Assembly: GCF_009834535.1 (NCBI RefSeq)
Contig: NC_045696.1
Coordinates: 7,504,001-7,568,000 of the forward strand
Direction: 5' to 3'
DNA length: 64,000 nt
Origin: Camelus ferus
Lineage: Eukaryota
Below, piece after piece: positions 1-12,521 of this stretch. Numbering within the stretch: position 1 is the first letter of the stretch; each line of letters starts with the position of its first letter. Under the pieces are notes generated by a model. It worked only from the letters and a program-made list of their open reading frames with translations. It was not told the origin of the DNA and did no database searches. The translations under genes were made by a program, and so were the position numbers.

Positions 1-3000
1 TATAACGCCAAGAGCAGTAGTGGGATCAGGACACTGAGCCATGTGCCAGGAGCAAAGTGAGAGAACTGAAAAGTGGTCCCACATAAAGCTTCCAGCCAAA
101 GCTAATACAAACCTCATCAAAAGGAAGTATCCCCAGATCAGACTCTCAAGATTCCCACACAGAAAGAACAATCAAGTAAGAGTTCCTAACTGAAAATCTC
201 CAGGCACGGGAGGTGATAACCCACCATGAGGGAGGCACTAGGAAAAACATGCAATAAATCTAGACCTTTAAGGACATCAGGGATTGTCAGATGCAGTCTA
301 CAGAATATCTACAGATTCAAAAAAATGAGCAAGCAACAACTTGAGACTATTCAAAATGGCTGGGTATAGCTAAAAAAGAACCAAGTGATACTTTAAGAAT
401 TTAAAAATATAAACATTAAAAGTAAAAGAAAATAAAATGAGTGGATGAAAGAGAAGACTAGGCACAGGTGAAGAGAAAATTAATGAACAAGATGTGCCTG
501 ATGAAATTACCCAACACTGGAAGTTCTGGTAGAGATACAAGAAAATGAAAACTATGAAAGATGAAAGTAAGTGATCTGGAAACAGTCAAATACATATATA
601 TCCAGTTAAATTCCCAGAAGGCAAAAATGGATAAAATCAGAAAGACAATATTTAAAGAACACAGGGCTCAAAATCTTTGATACTTCATGAAAAACAAAAT
701 TCAGAATCAGGAAACATGTATATCCAATAGGATAAACAAAAAGTAATCACCATCTAGACTTAGAAGGGAAGATGTAACAAGACAGAAAATCCAAAGTACC
801 CAAAAGAGAAGTTTTATTTTCTTCAAATTAGCATAAATAAAACTGGGAACAGACTGCATGTAGAATAATGCCTTCACCAAAGGAACAGAAAATAAACTAC
901 CAACCTACAACAGTATACCCATCAAAATTGTATACAAAACTGTATACCCTCTCAAAAACAAGGGTAAAATAATAATTTTAGATTAAAAAAATGAGTTGAC
1001 CACCAAGAGACTTGAACTAACTTCTGAAAATAACAATTAAAGAACATTAATTATCTGACTGGATTAAAAGAAAAATCCAGTAGTAGGTTTCCCATAAGAA
1101 ACACCTGAAATGTAAGGAGGTTAAGAAAAGTGACAGTAAAATGGAAGGAAAAGTTTATTCCAGATAAATTACCACCAAAAGAAAGGTAGGACAGGCAAAA
1201 CAGACAAAAAACAAAACCAGTCATGCAGAGAATCATAGCATGACAGAAAAGGCTCGATCCACTAGGAAAATAATGTTTAGCTTGCATGTGTCTAATCAAA
1301 TAGTCTCAAAATACATAAAAACAAAAACTGTTAGAACTACAGGAAGTCTGTTAGAAGGCAACAGTGGAAGATTGCAACACACTTCCCTCTTAATGAATGC
1401 TAGGTCAAACAAAATAAAGACAAGTCTGAACAACACAATTGCTAAGCCTGATCTAACAGATACACACATAACAACTAGAGAATATAGACTCTTCGTAAGT
1501 ATGTAGAATAGTATTATAATTCACTACGTACAAGGCCATAAAGCAACGGCAAACAAATGTTTTTAGAAAGACAAAATACACACTATACTCTCTGAGAACA
1601 AAACTAAGGAGTAACAAAAAGGAAAAATGTTAATGTAGATATATTTGGAAATTTTAAAACACGTTTCAAAGAAAACTTTAAAACACATTTAAGTCAAAGA
1701 AAAAAATGGAAATTTAAAAAACACTTAAAAGTTAATGAAAACACCATAAATTAAACCGTGTTAAGATAAAACAAAAACGAACTTTGACGAAGTGTATAGA
1801 TTTACATGCTTACAGTAGCAAATAGGAATGGCTGAAAATTAATCATGCAATGTAAATTAGAAAAATATAAGAAAAAACTCAAAGAAGGAAAAGGAAGGAA
1901 ATCATAAAAGAAAAAAAAAGTGAACTAGAAAACAAAAATATAACAGAGGGAACTAATTAGGCCAAAAATTTATCCTTTGCCAAGACTGACAAAACAAACT
2001 TTTGGCAAGATTAAGAAAAAAAAACACTTAACAAGTAATATTCAAAATGAGAAAAGGGAATGTAACCACAAATAAAACAGATTAAAAAGAGGACTAAGAC
2101 AATACCAACTTGATCCTAATAAACTTAAAACTTTATTCAAAGGAAAAATTTCTAAAATCTTACCAAACTGACTAAAAGAAATGGAAAACTTGAAGTCCTA
2201 TTACTATTCAAATGCTAATTACTACTAAATTATTAGCAATTTACAATCCTTTCACTCACAGAAAATTAGATCCAAACGATCTCACAGGCAAATACCACCA
2301 AACTTAGGAAACAAATCACTCCAATCCAAACTGTCCCAGGGGACAGATAAAGAGGAACTCTCTAATTGGCGTAAGTGTAACCTGGATACCAAAAGCAGAC
2401 AAGGCAGTCAATAAAGGAAAATGACAGGTGATTTCATTCATAAACAGATACAAAATCCTAAATAAAATATAAGCAAAATAGTTCATAAAAAGACAATCCA
2501 TTAAGGTCAATTTGGGTTTATCTTAGGAACAAGTATAAGAGAGAATTAAGAATTTGAAAATGTATAAACTGGAACCCATTATATTTAACATATTAAAGGA
2601 AAAAAACCATAAGATATTCTGAACAGACTCAGAAAAGCATGTAACAAAATTGCAAACAAAGATATCCCTAACTTAATAAAGAAAACCTGCAGAAACTCCT
2701 AACAAACCTTATTTCTAATGGGGAATATTCCCTCCAAAACCAGAAACAAGACATGTATGGTCACTATAATCACTTCTAATGAACACCCATAATCACATTC
2801 ATTGAGCATAGATCTAAAGTGTGCCAGCACAGTAGGACAAGAAAAAAATTTTTAAGGGAAAATAATTGGGAAAGGAAGAACCAAAAGTGTCACTATTTGC
2901 AAGTGATATAATTATCCACGTAGAAAACCCCAAAGAATTACAGAAAATATATTAGAATAAGAGTTTATCAAGTGGATGACTAAAGACCAATGTAAAAAAT

Positions 3001-6000
3001 TCATTAAGCTTACATTAACTAACAATAAAGTCATAAAATAGAATCTAAAAAACATTACTTATATTAGCAACAGAACTACTAAAAATATTAGAATCAACAT
3101 TTAAAAAGTTAGCTCTGTAAGGAAAAAATTACAAAACTGTATTAGAAGACATTAAAACCTATTTAAATGAAAATACATACCTCAAAATCTTAAAGATTTC
3201 AAGTGTCTCCCAAATTGATTCAATCATTCCAATTAATTCCCAAAGGGTTTTTCATGTCATATGACAAGCTGACTCTTAAAACAAGAACAGCTGAGACTCA
3301 AGTGCCCCCCAGATTTTGGGTAAAGCTATAGCATCAATAATCATGACAATGTGGTATCAACACAGAGACAGACAAGTGGACAAGTGGAACAGAATGGGGA
3401 GCCAGAAACAGACCCATGCACATAGAAACTAAAAATGTGAAAGAGATGGTTCAGAAGGTCACTGGTGAACAGAGGGCCAATTCAATTCACAGTATGAGGT
3501 CAACTGTACCCACAGTGGGGGAAAATAAATGTGGATCATTACCTCGCATCATACACAAAAATCAGTACAGATGCATTATGAACTTAAATGTGAAAGGCAT
3601 CATTTTAAAACTTGTGAAAAGAAACACAGGAGAAAGTCTTTATAATCCCAGGGCAGGGAAAGTTTCCAATTAGATTACATTAATATTAAGAGCTTCTGTT
3701 CACCAAAATACAACATAAAGAGTAAAAAGACTACAAACTGTAAGAAGATATTTACAATGCATATACTCAATAAAGGATGCGTGTTACCAGTTTATTAGTT
3801 TTAAAAGACAACCCAACAGAAAAATGGGTAAAAGATACGTTCAGGTATTTCAAAAAAGGTAAATAGATGGTTCAGAGACATATGAAAAGATGCTCAAACT
3901 CATTAACAATCAAAGGATGCAAATTAAAACTACAATGCACATCCTATCATATCCATTTGATTGGTAAATATTAAAAAGTCTGATAGTAGCATGTGTTGGA
4001 GAGAATATAAATCAACTGTAACTTGTACACACTGCTGATCAAGATATATAAATTGACAAAACTACTCGCCAAAGTATAAGCTGATACAATCACTTTAGAA
4101 AACAATTTGGTATCATTTTGTAAAGTTGAACATTCATATCTCATAACCCAGCAATCCCACTTCTTAGCAAATAGCTTACCACACTGGCATTCCAATATTT
4201 TTTTACTCACAAACCACCAAAAATGCTTTTAAAGATTGCTACTCTTCACACTTTAACATGACATTTTAAAAAGTCAGCCCTAAGTTTAAATAATTGCAAA
4301 GAATGAATTTCTAGAGTATCACAGTGACATTTTAAAATAAAACTGACATATCACAGGTCTAAAATATGTCAATTATTATACAGTGTATCAAAAAATAACT
4401 AGTATTTACACTGATAATTAAACATAAAAAGTTACATTTCATTGGAAATGCAGCTGTTGAGGAGATGAGAAGTGCCTTGATTAAAAGAAGCATTCCCTAA
4501 CACTGTACGCTGCATGCATTTTAAATTATTCCTTTGTTTTCCAGGGAAAGTTGTTCACTTGGGACATTGCCCTGCTAAGATCCCATGTGAGTGAATAGTA
4601 TGCCTTCCTTATCTAAGGTAGAAGTGCTACTACAAAAGGGAAGGTAGGAAAGTAAAACCAGGAGGAAGTTTCTATATGCCTCAGGCATTACTAATTTTAG
4701 GAAAGGGTACACATGGAATTTAATGATCTACAAATTGATTGATTAATGTCACTTGTGCCCAAGTACTCCTTAGAAAACTCATTACTCCCCTAAGGCTGTA
4801 TGCCCCAGTGTGAAAAGTAGAGAAATTCTTGCAACTGTGTACCAGAAGATACATACAAAAATCTTCAAAATAGCAATACCTAGAAACAACCAAAATGTTC
4901 ATCAACAGAAGAATGCATACACTGTGTTATATTCACCCATGGAATATTACACAGCAGTGAAAATTAATGACTTAACATCTATACTTATTATCAGTGACTC
5001 TAGAACATAACATTGAGTGAAATAAACAAGCCCCAGAAACCTGTATCCAATACTCCTAATTTTAAATGCAACAACAATAGAAACCATACATTGTTTAGGG
5101 ATATATACATATCTGATAAAATTATTAAAAAACAAGGAATGACACACACAATTCAGGATAGCAGTCACTCTGGAGATGAGCACATTCAGTATCGATCATT
5201 TTGATTCCTGGATTGAGTTGATAGGTGTTCATTTTATTGTTTTGCTTCATAACCTGCATATATGTTACATATATTTTTAAAGTATCAAATATTACATTAA
5301 AGAGAAAAAGTATTTTAAAAAACTGTTCATCATAAGCAAAAAAAAGTATTTAAATCACCTCACCTGTCACTAGAGAGGTACAGAGAACATACCATGTAAA
5401 TTATTACCTTTATAACAACCATACAAACTGACAAACATTAGGTACAAAATAAATGTTAGCTGGAATTAATCTTACGAGGACCAAATGAGATAAAGACTGA
5501 GCCAGTTAGCTGCAAGAGATGAAGCCACAGGTTGACACAGGGCTAGAGCAGATGCCAAGGTGGCTGCAAGCAATTTGATCCACAAGCTAAAGTTATAAGG
5601 AAGCTGGTCAGTAAAGAGAAGGCAAAAATGTAAAAGTTGGGTAAAAAAGTGTTAGCAAGGATGTGAGGAAATTAGTATCCTCACTCAATACCAGTGAGAG
5701 TGAAAATTAGTGCAACCACTTTTGAGAGCTTCTGTGATACTCGGTTAAGTTGAAGATGCACATACCCTACTATCCAGCAAATCCACGACTAGGTGTATTT
5801 TCTACAGAAACTTCCAAATGTGTGCCACATAAGTACAAATATATTTATTGCAGAATTGTTTTCATAGTCAAAAACTAGAAACAATTTCAAAGTCCATCAA
5901 TAGGAAAATGGATAAATAAATTACGGTATATTCACACAATGGAATTCTATACCAGCAATTAAAATGAATGAACCAGACACAATTATCCAATTTATTCATA

Positions 6001-6360
6001 TATAAATCTGAAAATGTGATGCTGATTTTAAAAAGCAAGTTGCAAAAAGACATATTATTTAATACTATCAAAGTTTAAAACACACAACACTATAATGTTT
6101 ATGGATTCACCGTGGTCCAAATATAAAATATGCAAGGGAATGATATACACAAACCTGAACACGGTGACTACCTCTAGGTAAGAAGAGGGAGGAACTTAGA
6201 GCATCTCCAATATTTACAATTTCATTTCTTAAAAAAAAAAAAAAAAAGAGGATCTGAAGTAAATTTGGCAAAATAATTACATCTATAAATCTTAATCATG
6301 GATTGGTTAGATCCCCCTCTGTATTTTATACATGAAATATTCCAGAAATTAAAAAGAAAA
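1..6360 (+). mobile_element. Ancient, heavily decayed LINE-1 (L1M-type) fragments: ORF1/ORF2 remnants and 3' ends, antisense within presumed TTC3 intron 1
   Basis: A-rich + strand with L1 ORF2/3' end phrases (aaaagatgctcaaactcatt at ~3885, cccagcaatcccactt at ~4147, aatggataaataaattacggtatattcacacaatggaa at ~5907); no long ORF. Boundaries approximate. Confidence 0.8.
4176..4815. mobile_element. Probable hAT/Charlie-type non-autonomous DNA element inserted into the L1
   Basis: L1 text breaks after cccacttcttagc and resumes at tagagaaattcttgca (~4817). The insert is bounded by the inverted sequence cacactgg (~4180) ... ccagtgtg (~4805). Confidence 0.45.
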
Positions 6361-7872
6361 ATCAGAAAATTAGGCAAGAGTAAGAAAACTGAGCAAATGA
6401 ACAGTGAGAAACAAGACACCAAAACGCAGCCCTTGAGCGCAGAGCACGAACCTTAGAGCAAGAGGAGTAACTGGGTAGTTAATAGGTTTAAAGCTTCTTT
6501 CCCTGTGTATCCTTATAATTAACCCCATTTCTCTCAGGATAAAATGCAAATTTCTAGCAAAAAAAAAAAAAATGCCCTAACCAGAGCTGTAATTACGGAG
6601 AAACTGCTCCCCATGGAGGAGTAAAATCTGTAAAATGTCTACCTTGTTTACTTCGCCATGACATTGGGAAGAATCAAAAGTGACAATTTACGTGAATGCC
6701 ATAAAACACGACATGAACCGTTAAATATTATCAAGGACGCCCCGGATGGGCTAGAATGTATCTGCTCAGTTGTCGTGTACATACATTTTGGAAGGAGCCT
6801 GCAATTGAAAGGCTTTGGGCGTCTAGGGCGCCTCTAAAAAAGGTACGCCACATCGGTACCAGCCAACATTCACCTACGCCTTGGCTCCATTTTTGGCCCC
6901 GGCCCCCTTATTGAGGCCCCAAAACATACATGCTCGACAGACCACATCTGACATCGTGAACACACTTCGGAACAGCCGGTCAGACCCGCTGCTGTCCTCT
7001 CTTCCCATTACAGTAGCGGGAGGGAGGACGCTCCAAAGAGGCGCAAGGGAGGGAGGAGCGCAGGGTGGATTTCTCCCTCCCCCACCCCCTCCCCGGACCC
7101 GGCAGCCATTCTTACGAAAACAGGTGGCGCAGTTGTAGGGAACACAAACACAGAGAATGGGGCGTGCAAGAATGTTCACGAACACTCGCGAACAAAAACC
7201 CGCACACAGGAGATCACGCACTCGACAGGACCCAGGCGGGGCACGCGCGCACGGACACCCGGGCGAGAGATGCTGCGGGCGGTGATAACTGCAGGAGGCG
7301 CGGGGAACGCGCATCCCACGCAGAGGGGCAGTGACACAAAGGGGGGGCCCCTCACACAGCCAGGGGCGTCTACGCCATCGCTGGAAAGAACCGGCGCAGA
7401 CACAAAGGGGCAGGGAAAGGACAAGTGAGCGCGTGCCCACGCGCCCCAGCCTGGGTATCCCCTCAGTCTACTGGGAGTGTCACTCTCGCACGGACCCCCG
7501 GAAGAGTGCGCGAGCAGCCGAAAGATGCGCGCGCGACCGGGAGGTGCGCACACAAAGGGGCTACTCCCACCCTCGCACAGAAGCCCTCAGGGACCCACAC
7601 TTGCAGAAGAAGGACATTACACAAAGGGGACACACCCACTGCGGCCGACAAAGGCGGCCACACACAGACCCCCGACTCCCAGAGCACCGGCCCCCGACCC
7701 ACGCAGACACACCGCGGACACCACAGCCAACGAGGCGAGCGACGCGCACACACCCACACTCACCACACACCCACGGAGGGGGTGTGGAGGGCCCCTCTCC
7801 CCGGGCATCTCGGCTGCAGCGCGACAAGGTGACACATCCGGGAGCCCTGCCGCGCGCCAGGTGTGCACTCAC

Positions 7873-7970
7873 CGGGGCCGGCAGCCCGCGAGCCTCGGAC
7901 GCGGGCCGCCGCCGCCGCCGCCTCGGGCCCTCCACGTCAGCCAGCTGGCAGGCGGGAGCGGGCGGCAGCG
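7873..7970 (-). other. TTC3: Putative non-coding first exon of TTC3
   Basis: Minus-strand donor CCG|GTGAGT (ACTCAC at 7867-7872) inside the island, with a (GGC)6 tract upstream. Gene identity from synteny with PIGP only; 5' end approximate. Confidence 0.55.
7905..7922. repeat. (GCC)6 trinucleotide repeat
   Basis: gccgccgccgccgccgcc read directly. Confidence 0.9.
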
Positions 7971-8770
7971 CAGGCGGCAGACGCGTCACGTGGGTCGCAA
8001 CGCACATGCGCCGTCGCGCCGCGCCGGCCCCCTTCCGCGGCGGCGAGCGGAGCGATCCCGCCGGCCCCCGCGCTCGCGCGTTCCTGCCCGACGGGGGTCG
8101 CGGTGCGCCTGCGCCCGGACGAGGGCTGTTGTCGTGACTGGGCCTTTCACTGTTTTTCCTCTCTCGCCCCCCTGCGGCTACCTGGTCGGCGCCTGCGCAG
8201 GGGACTCGGCACCGAGGTGGCCGAACTGGGGGGAGGGGCCCGAGTGGGCGCAAGGAGGACCCAAGGTCGAGGGTCACCCCTCCAACCCCAACTGAAAACC
8301 TCACGAGAGCGCGGGAAAAGGCCGCGGGCGCCGAGGCCCAGGCCTGGGGAGGCCGCGCCGGCCTCCTCTCCCTGTTTGCCCTTCCCTTTCCGCGGGGAGG
8401 CGAAGCCTGCAGAGCAGGAGCGGCGTCAGTCCCTCCCCCGCTCTCCCCTAGCCTTCCCCCACCCCCCACTGCGGGATGTGCGCGCTCTGGCGTGTGTGCT
8501 CGCGCGCGCGAGCTCGTGAGGTTTGGGGGCAGGTGGGCTAGTGTGCGCGTGCAGGCGAGGTACGGGTGCTTGTGTGCACTTGTGCAAGCAGGCGTACGTT
8601 GGGGGTGTGTGCGCTGGGTGGCTGTTTGCGGTGGTATAGGCTGGGAACGAAACTGCAGAGACTGCCCGTAGCAAAGCGATGAGGTTATAAAAGACCGATG
8701 GTGAAGAGGAGTGAATCACTGACAGATGGTTGTGTTTCTTTCCCACAGATTGTCTAGAGCCACAGGGAAA

Positions 8771-8852
8771 ATGGTGGAAAATTCACCGTCGCCATTGCCA
8801 GAAAGAGCGATTTATGGCTTTGTTCTTTTCTTAAGCTCCCAGTTTGGCTTCA
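8771..8852 (+). CDS. PIGP: PIGP (GPI-GlcNAc transferase subunit P), first coding exon; exon starts at 8749
   Basis: Acceptor tcccacag at 8741-8748; ATG at 8771 gives [27 protein letters not shown] + 1 nt; donor gtaagt at 8853. Matches the PIGP N-terminus. Confidence 0.97.
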
Positions 8853-9599
8853 GTAAGTACTTTTCTGATGGATAGCCAGGGTCTTTCTCTACAGTTCAAG
8901 GACAAGGAAATTATTTCATTTGTTCGTAGAATGTGCACACGTGAACTGCGAGTCTTTTTACCTGTGTTTCTTTTTGAGAAAACCTGAAGGGAACGCACAT
9001 TTGTTCAGGGTGTTTTATATGCCAGACATTAGCCTTAAAGATTTAATCTCAACAAATCTTCATGCTGCAGCGCAAAGTGAATGAAACCTGGTGCCTGCCC
9101 TGGAGAAAGTCATGATTTCGTGGACAAGATAGTTGAGTGCATCTACAGTTAACACTCAGTGCCTTGGGAACCCCAGTGTAGAGATAAATCAAACTGTGAA
9201 GTCAGAGTTAGCTTTCTCCCAGTGAGAAGGAAGAAGTTGGAAGGCCTTGAATGAAGGCATGTTGGGGTTTGGAAATGGGAAGTTCTTTGTGGCCCCAGTG
9301 CAGCCTGTGGGAGCTAGGGAGTGGCAAGAATTGGATTATAGCAGTCAGCTGTGCTTTACATCTTGGCTCTCCATCAGTCCCCATGAGGTCTCATTTTACA
9401 GATGAGGAGAAACTGATGTCCACTGCGATGCAGTATGCCCAGAGTCACAACAGGCCCCACATCTCTCCCAAAAGGACCTGAAAATTATGAGGGAAATAAG
9501 AGGCAGAAAAATGGGTGCCCACAGCTTTGTAGGATTTTGTGGAAATCCAGGAGATGGGAGCACAGTAGTGCTTCTGAACCCTAACTGCCTCAGTCTGGC

Positions 9600-9925
9600 C
9601 AACCAAGCTGTTGGCTAGGGGAGTCTGTGGGGTGAAGAAGTTATAACTCGAGTTCAAATCCTGACTCCTCCACAGATTAGCTTTGTGGAGGACCATTTAC
9701 TTTCTTGATTCTTCAGATTCCTCATCTATGAAAGGGTGGTGATGATGTTCATCAGATGCTTATTAAGCATAAGACAATCCTGTGAGGTAGATATGCCATT
9801 ATTGTCCTCATTTTTACAGCTGAGAATACTGAGGAACACAGGGCTTAAATAATGTGCCCAAGGTCACAAAGACAATAAATAACATATAGAATTTGAACCC
9901 AGACACACTGAGTTGACTTCACTCT
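9600..9925. mobile_element. MIR fragments
   Basis: MIR core phrases: gagttcaaatcctgactc, ttcctcatctatgaa, cattttacagctgagaatactgagg, gcccaaggtcacaa. Confidence 0.65.
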
Positions 9926-10499
9926 GCTGCTTCTTATGTATGTTGTGAAGAGTAATTGCCATAATTTATGCAAAGCACTTAAAAGAACGCATAGGAACAG
10001 GAAGTGCAGATTTCCCCCACTCTCCAAAAGTACATTTTTATGAAACCTTTCATAAGCCAGATGGTGTAAAGCGAAGAAGCAGTTACCTAAGGGCATGCCT
10101 GGCTGACAGATGCACAAAATAAATTGAGATAATGCCCTCAGCTTGATAAAGATACTCAGCTGAGATAAAGATGCTCAGACACAGTTCAAAGCCATGGCGG
10201 CTGTCACTGAGATGCTGAGCGTAGCTCTGGAGAAGGAGCTCGAACCTGCCACTCTCCCTGCTCTGGGTGCGCACTGCCACTGCCTCAGCTCCCTGAAAAA
10301 CAAACACGGAACGCTTTTTTACTAAAAGTGAAAATCCTCTTCAGATTTCTAGGGGCCACCTGTACTTACATAAATGTTAGCTGCTGCTGTTACTGGTATC
10401 AGCATCATCGATTTTGTAAATCCCTGTTCTATAGAGTATTGGAAGGATTAAAAACTGTACAAATAAATAAAAGCAGTGACTTTAAGACTTAAATCCAAT

Positions 10500-11830
10500 A
10501 GTACCCACAACCAGAAACTAATTCAGCAAATTTTTATTTCGTGCTTACGAGGTGCCAGGCACTCTCACAGGCAAGGGAGGAGCAAAACAGCCTAAAGTTT
10601 CCTGCCTTCATAGAGTTTCCATTCTGCAGGGAGGAGATAGCCAGTGGACAGATTAAATGAGTAAAGTTTATAGAGTGTCAGATGATAATGTGTACCATGG
10701 GGAGAAGCTGAGCAAGACAGGAGCATAAGGAGTGGGAGGAGGGTGCTGTTTTAAACATAGCAGTCAGGAAGTGCCTCACTGAGAGATGAGTTTTAAGCAC
10801 AGACTCTTTAAGTGAGAGTTAGCCCAGTGGCAGTCTGGGGAAAGAGCCTCCCAGGCAGAGAACAGCCAGTGCAAAAGCCCTGAGGATGCCATGGTTTAAA
10901 GGAATAGGAGGTCAGTAGAGTTGAAACCTGAGGCAATGAGAGGCAAAAAGTAATAGGATAGGTCAGAGGCCAATACCCAGCAGTTATAATAAAACTAGGT
11001 GGTGGGTACTGGAGGGTTACAGGATTCTCTGTGTACATTGAAATACTTACTGATTTTAAAAACCAGTTGTCTGAATCTGCTCAGGCTGCTGTAATAAAAT
11101 ACCATAGACTGGGTGGCTTAAACAGTAGATGTTTATTTCTCACAGCTCTGGAGGCAGGGAAGTGGGTGATCAGGATGCCAGCATGGTTATCCTTCTTCCT
11201 GTGTCTTCACATAGTGGAGAGAGAGCACTTAAGCTCTGGTTTCTTCCTTTTCTTATAAGAACACTAATCCCATAATCCTGGACACTCCTCTCATGCCTAA
11301 CTACCTCTCAAAGCCCTCCCACCCAACCCTCCAAATCCATTAGACTGGGGATTCGGGTTTCAGCATATTCATTTAGGGGGACTGTAGATTGTGATAATAG
11401 CTTTGAAGGAAAAAAGTGAAATGACAGAGTAATGAGGTCATGGTGGTCTGGACACAGCTGGGAAAGCAAGAGATGGGGAAAAGCCTCTCTTAAGGTGACA
11501 TTTGAGCTAAGACATGAAGAAAGCTAAGGAACCATCTCTCTTGAGAAAGCCAAAAGAGTAACATTCCAGGCAGGCAGCACTCCCTACAAGTGCAGTGACC
11601 CTGCATCCAGAAGATTGTGTGAAGCACAGAAATGAGAGTGTTTGGAGCTGGAGCATAGTGTTTGAAGGCTAGATGTCGGAGAGGCAAGCAGGAGCCAGGT
11701 CATGGGAGTTCCTGCAAGCCCTAGTAAGGAGTTTGGATTTTGTTCTAAGGACATCGAAGGATTTGAACTGGCAAGTGAAACGGTCAGATGTATATTTTTG
11801 GAAAATCTCTCCATGCTGTGTGGAGAATGA
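10500..11830 (-). mobile_element. LINE-2 fragments interrupted by an MLT1 LTR
   Basis: L2 3' phrases: attcagcaaatttttatt..gtgccaggcact, ggggaaagagcctcccaggcagaggaacagccagtgcaaaagccctgagg, taaggagtttggattttgttctaag. Confidence 0.65.
11068..11385 (-). mobile_element. MaLR MLT1-type solo LTR
   Basis: ggctgctgtaataaaataccatagactgggtggcttaaac..tttatttctcacagctctggagg..ttcttataagaacactaatccca. Confidence 0.75.
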
Positions 11831-12448
11831 CTGCACCAGTATCTCTTTCTTCACGGTTGAAGTTTCCAGACACCCACTCTGAAAACCTAGGAGTCCTCTT
11901 CAGTGGTACTTTCCTTCTGAGTCATCCATTGGCTCCTGCCATTGGGCCCGGGGGCCTCTTACAGCCTCTCCTCTTCCACAGACACATCCTACATGCAGCT
12001 ATCACAGTGACCCACCTGAGATCCAGACCTGAGCTCCCTGATTAAAACCTCTGGTTGGAGCCTGGATGGTTATTTCTCTTGGGAGTTTGCTTTAACTGTG
12101 TTTTTCCAGGTTCATAATTTATTGTACAAATTGACTATCATACGATGAGTTGACATTAGTTTCTCCAGGCATGGGAGCTTAACAGATGCTTAAAAATGGT
12201 TAAGATGGTAAATTTTATTTGCTACCACAATTTTTTTTAATGACTAGTAAAAGGTAATTGTGATCAGTGTTACAAGAATTGTACAAATAAGGAGCTAGAA
12301 CTAAAAGGAGGGAAAACTCATTTCTGAGTTAATCAGGGAAGCTTTAAAGGAGTTTGTTTTTTTTTTATCTGAACCTTGATGAATTGGATACATGCTTTAC
12401 TGACCTTTTTTCTTTTTTCTTTTTCATTCTTTTTCCCCTTTTCTACAG

Positions 12449-12521
12449 TACTATACCTTGTCTGGGCTTTTATTCCTGAATCTTGGCTAAACTCCTTAGG
12501 TTTAACCTATTGGCCTCAAAA
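12449..12521 (+). CDS. PIGP: PIGP coding exon 2
   Basis: Polypyrimidine tract + ctacag acceptor; (I)[23 protein letters not shown](K); donor gtaagt; phases fit the flanking exons. Confidence 0.97.

Larger units (their letters stand above)
6860..8640. promoter_or_regulatory. CpG island; bidirectional TTC3(-)/PIGP(+) promoter
   Basis: Very high GC and CpG content directly upstream of the first PIGP coding exon. Motifs: CCACGTCA 7932-7939, CACGTG 7987-7992, GCACATGCGC 8002-8011. The head-to-head PIGP/TTC3 arrangement is known in human. Confidence 0.85.

Noticed and set aside
8040..8110. Exact PIGP non-coding exon 1
   Set aside because: A first exon must lie in the island, but the candidate donor (cg|gtgcgc ~8103) is too weak to call without transcript data.
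6874..8519. Long overlapping ORFs (188-302 aa) in the TTC3/PIGP island
   Set aside because: Present in many frames, rich in Arg/Pro/Gly/Ala, with no recognisable domain; expected from stop-codon scarcity in GC-rich DNA.
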